A stretch of 64,000 bases of DNA from a virus, in IMG/VR virus record IMGVR_UViG_3300028800_000012, positions 1-64,000 of that record, one strand, 5' to 3'. Made by a program: the position numbers and the translations under genes. Of this stretch, positions 63,672-64,000 are shown one piece after another. The number at the start of each line of letters is the position of its first letter. Position 1 is the first letter of the stretch. Under the pieces are notes generated by a model. It saw only the letters and a program-made list of their open reading frames with translations. It was not told where the DNA came from and ran no database searches.

Positions 63672-63989
63672 TTATGGAAGGCCGGTCGGGCGGAACAGCA
63701 TCGGGATAACGTCTCCCGATACGCCGGTCGCCAGCGCAACGCCGAGATTGTACGCATCGGCAGAGCCAGCCGCGACGCCCTTGGCGTTATTGTCCGTGAC
63801 GATGCGATTGCCGGCAGTCACGTTGCCGCCGAGAGTGATCTTGGTCACACCGAACGGCCGCACCTTGGCCGCACGCGACGCAGCGCCAGGCGCATTCTGC
63901 AATACGCCAACAACGTCGGCGCCGAGCGTTGCCGCCGCCGCGTTGCCGGACGAATCGACAGTCATGAAAAGGTACTGCTTGGCCGACAA
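63672..63989 (-). CDS. Capsid decoration / DUF2190-like protein
   Basis: LGADVVGVLQNAPGAASRAAKVRPFGVTKITLGGNVTAGNRIVTDNNAKGVAAGSADAYNLGVALATGVSGDVIPMLF. Confidence 0.7.
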   Translation of the reverse strand: MSAKQYLFMTVDSSGNAAAATLGADVVGVLQNAPGAASRAAKVRPFGVTKITLGGNVTAGNRIVTDNNAKGVAAGSADAYNLGVALATGVSGDVIPMLFRPTGLP

Positions 63990-64000
63990 GTCGGCAGCCG

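Overview
The window looks like most of one temperate siphophage genome of a GC-rich, probably alphaproteobacterial (Rhizobiales-like) host, opened inside the head module. Leftward genes run from the immunity region (about 18.4 kb) through replication and terminase/portal/head genes to coordinate 1. They appear to resume at 64000 and continue down to about 38.9 kb with capsid, connector, tail, host-specificity and lysis genes. Rightward early and accessory genes occupy about 18.5-38.9 kb, including the integrase and an attP-like 3' half of tRNA-Pro(CGG). Main observations: (1) a portal protein with a C-terminal ADP-ribosyltransferase domain (R / STS / ExE motifs); (2) three related mobile elements with shared CATGCYTWTC.GGTT ends and 8-bp target duplications, two carrying ISXO2/IS1595-like transposases and one carrying only a C5 DNA methyltransferase; (3) an insertion of one element into a phage gene that can be reconstructed exactly; (4) a glycan-type cluster (glycosyltransferases, FkbM methyltransferase, radical SAM/SPASM, DUF115-like) embedded in the structural operon; (5) a -1 frameshift site A_AAT_TTC joining the tail chaperones; (6) duplicated CI-type operators at two promoters; (7) a Gly-Tyr-Ser-Asp low-complexity repeat protein; (8) an acyltransferase and small moron-like insertions. 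All family calls come from reading motifs by eye; no database searches were run.
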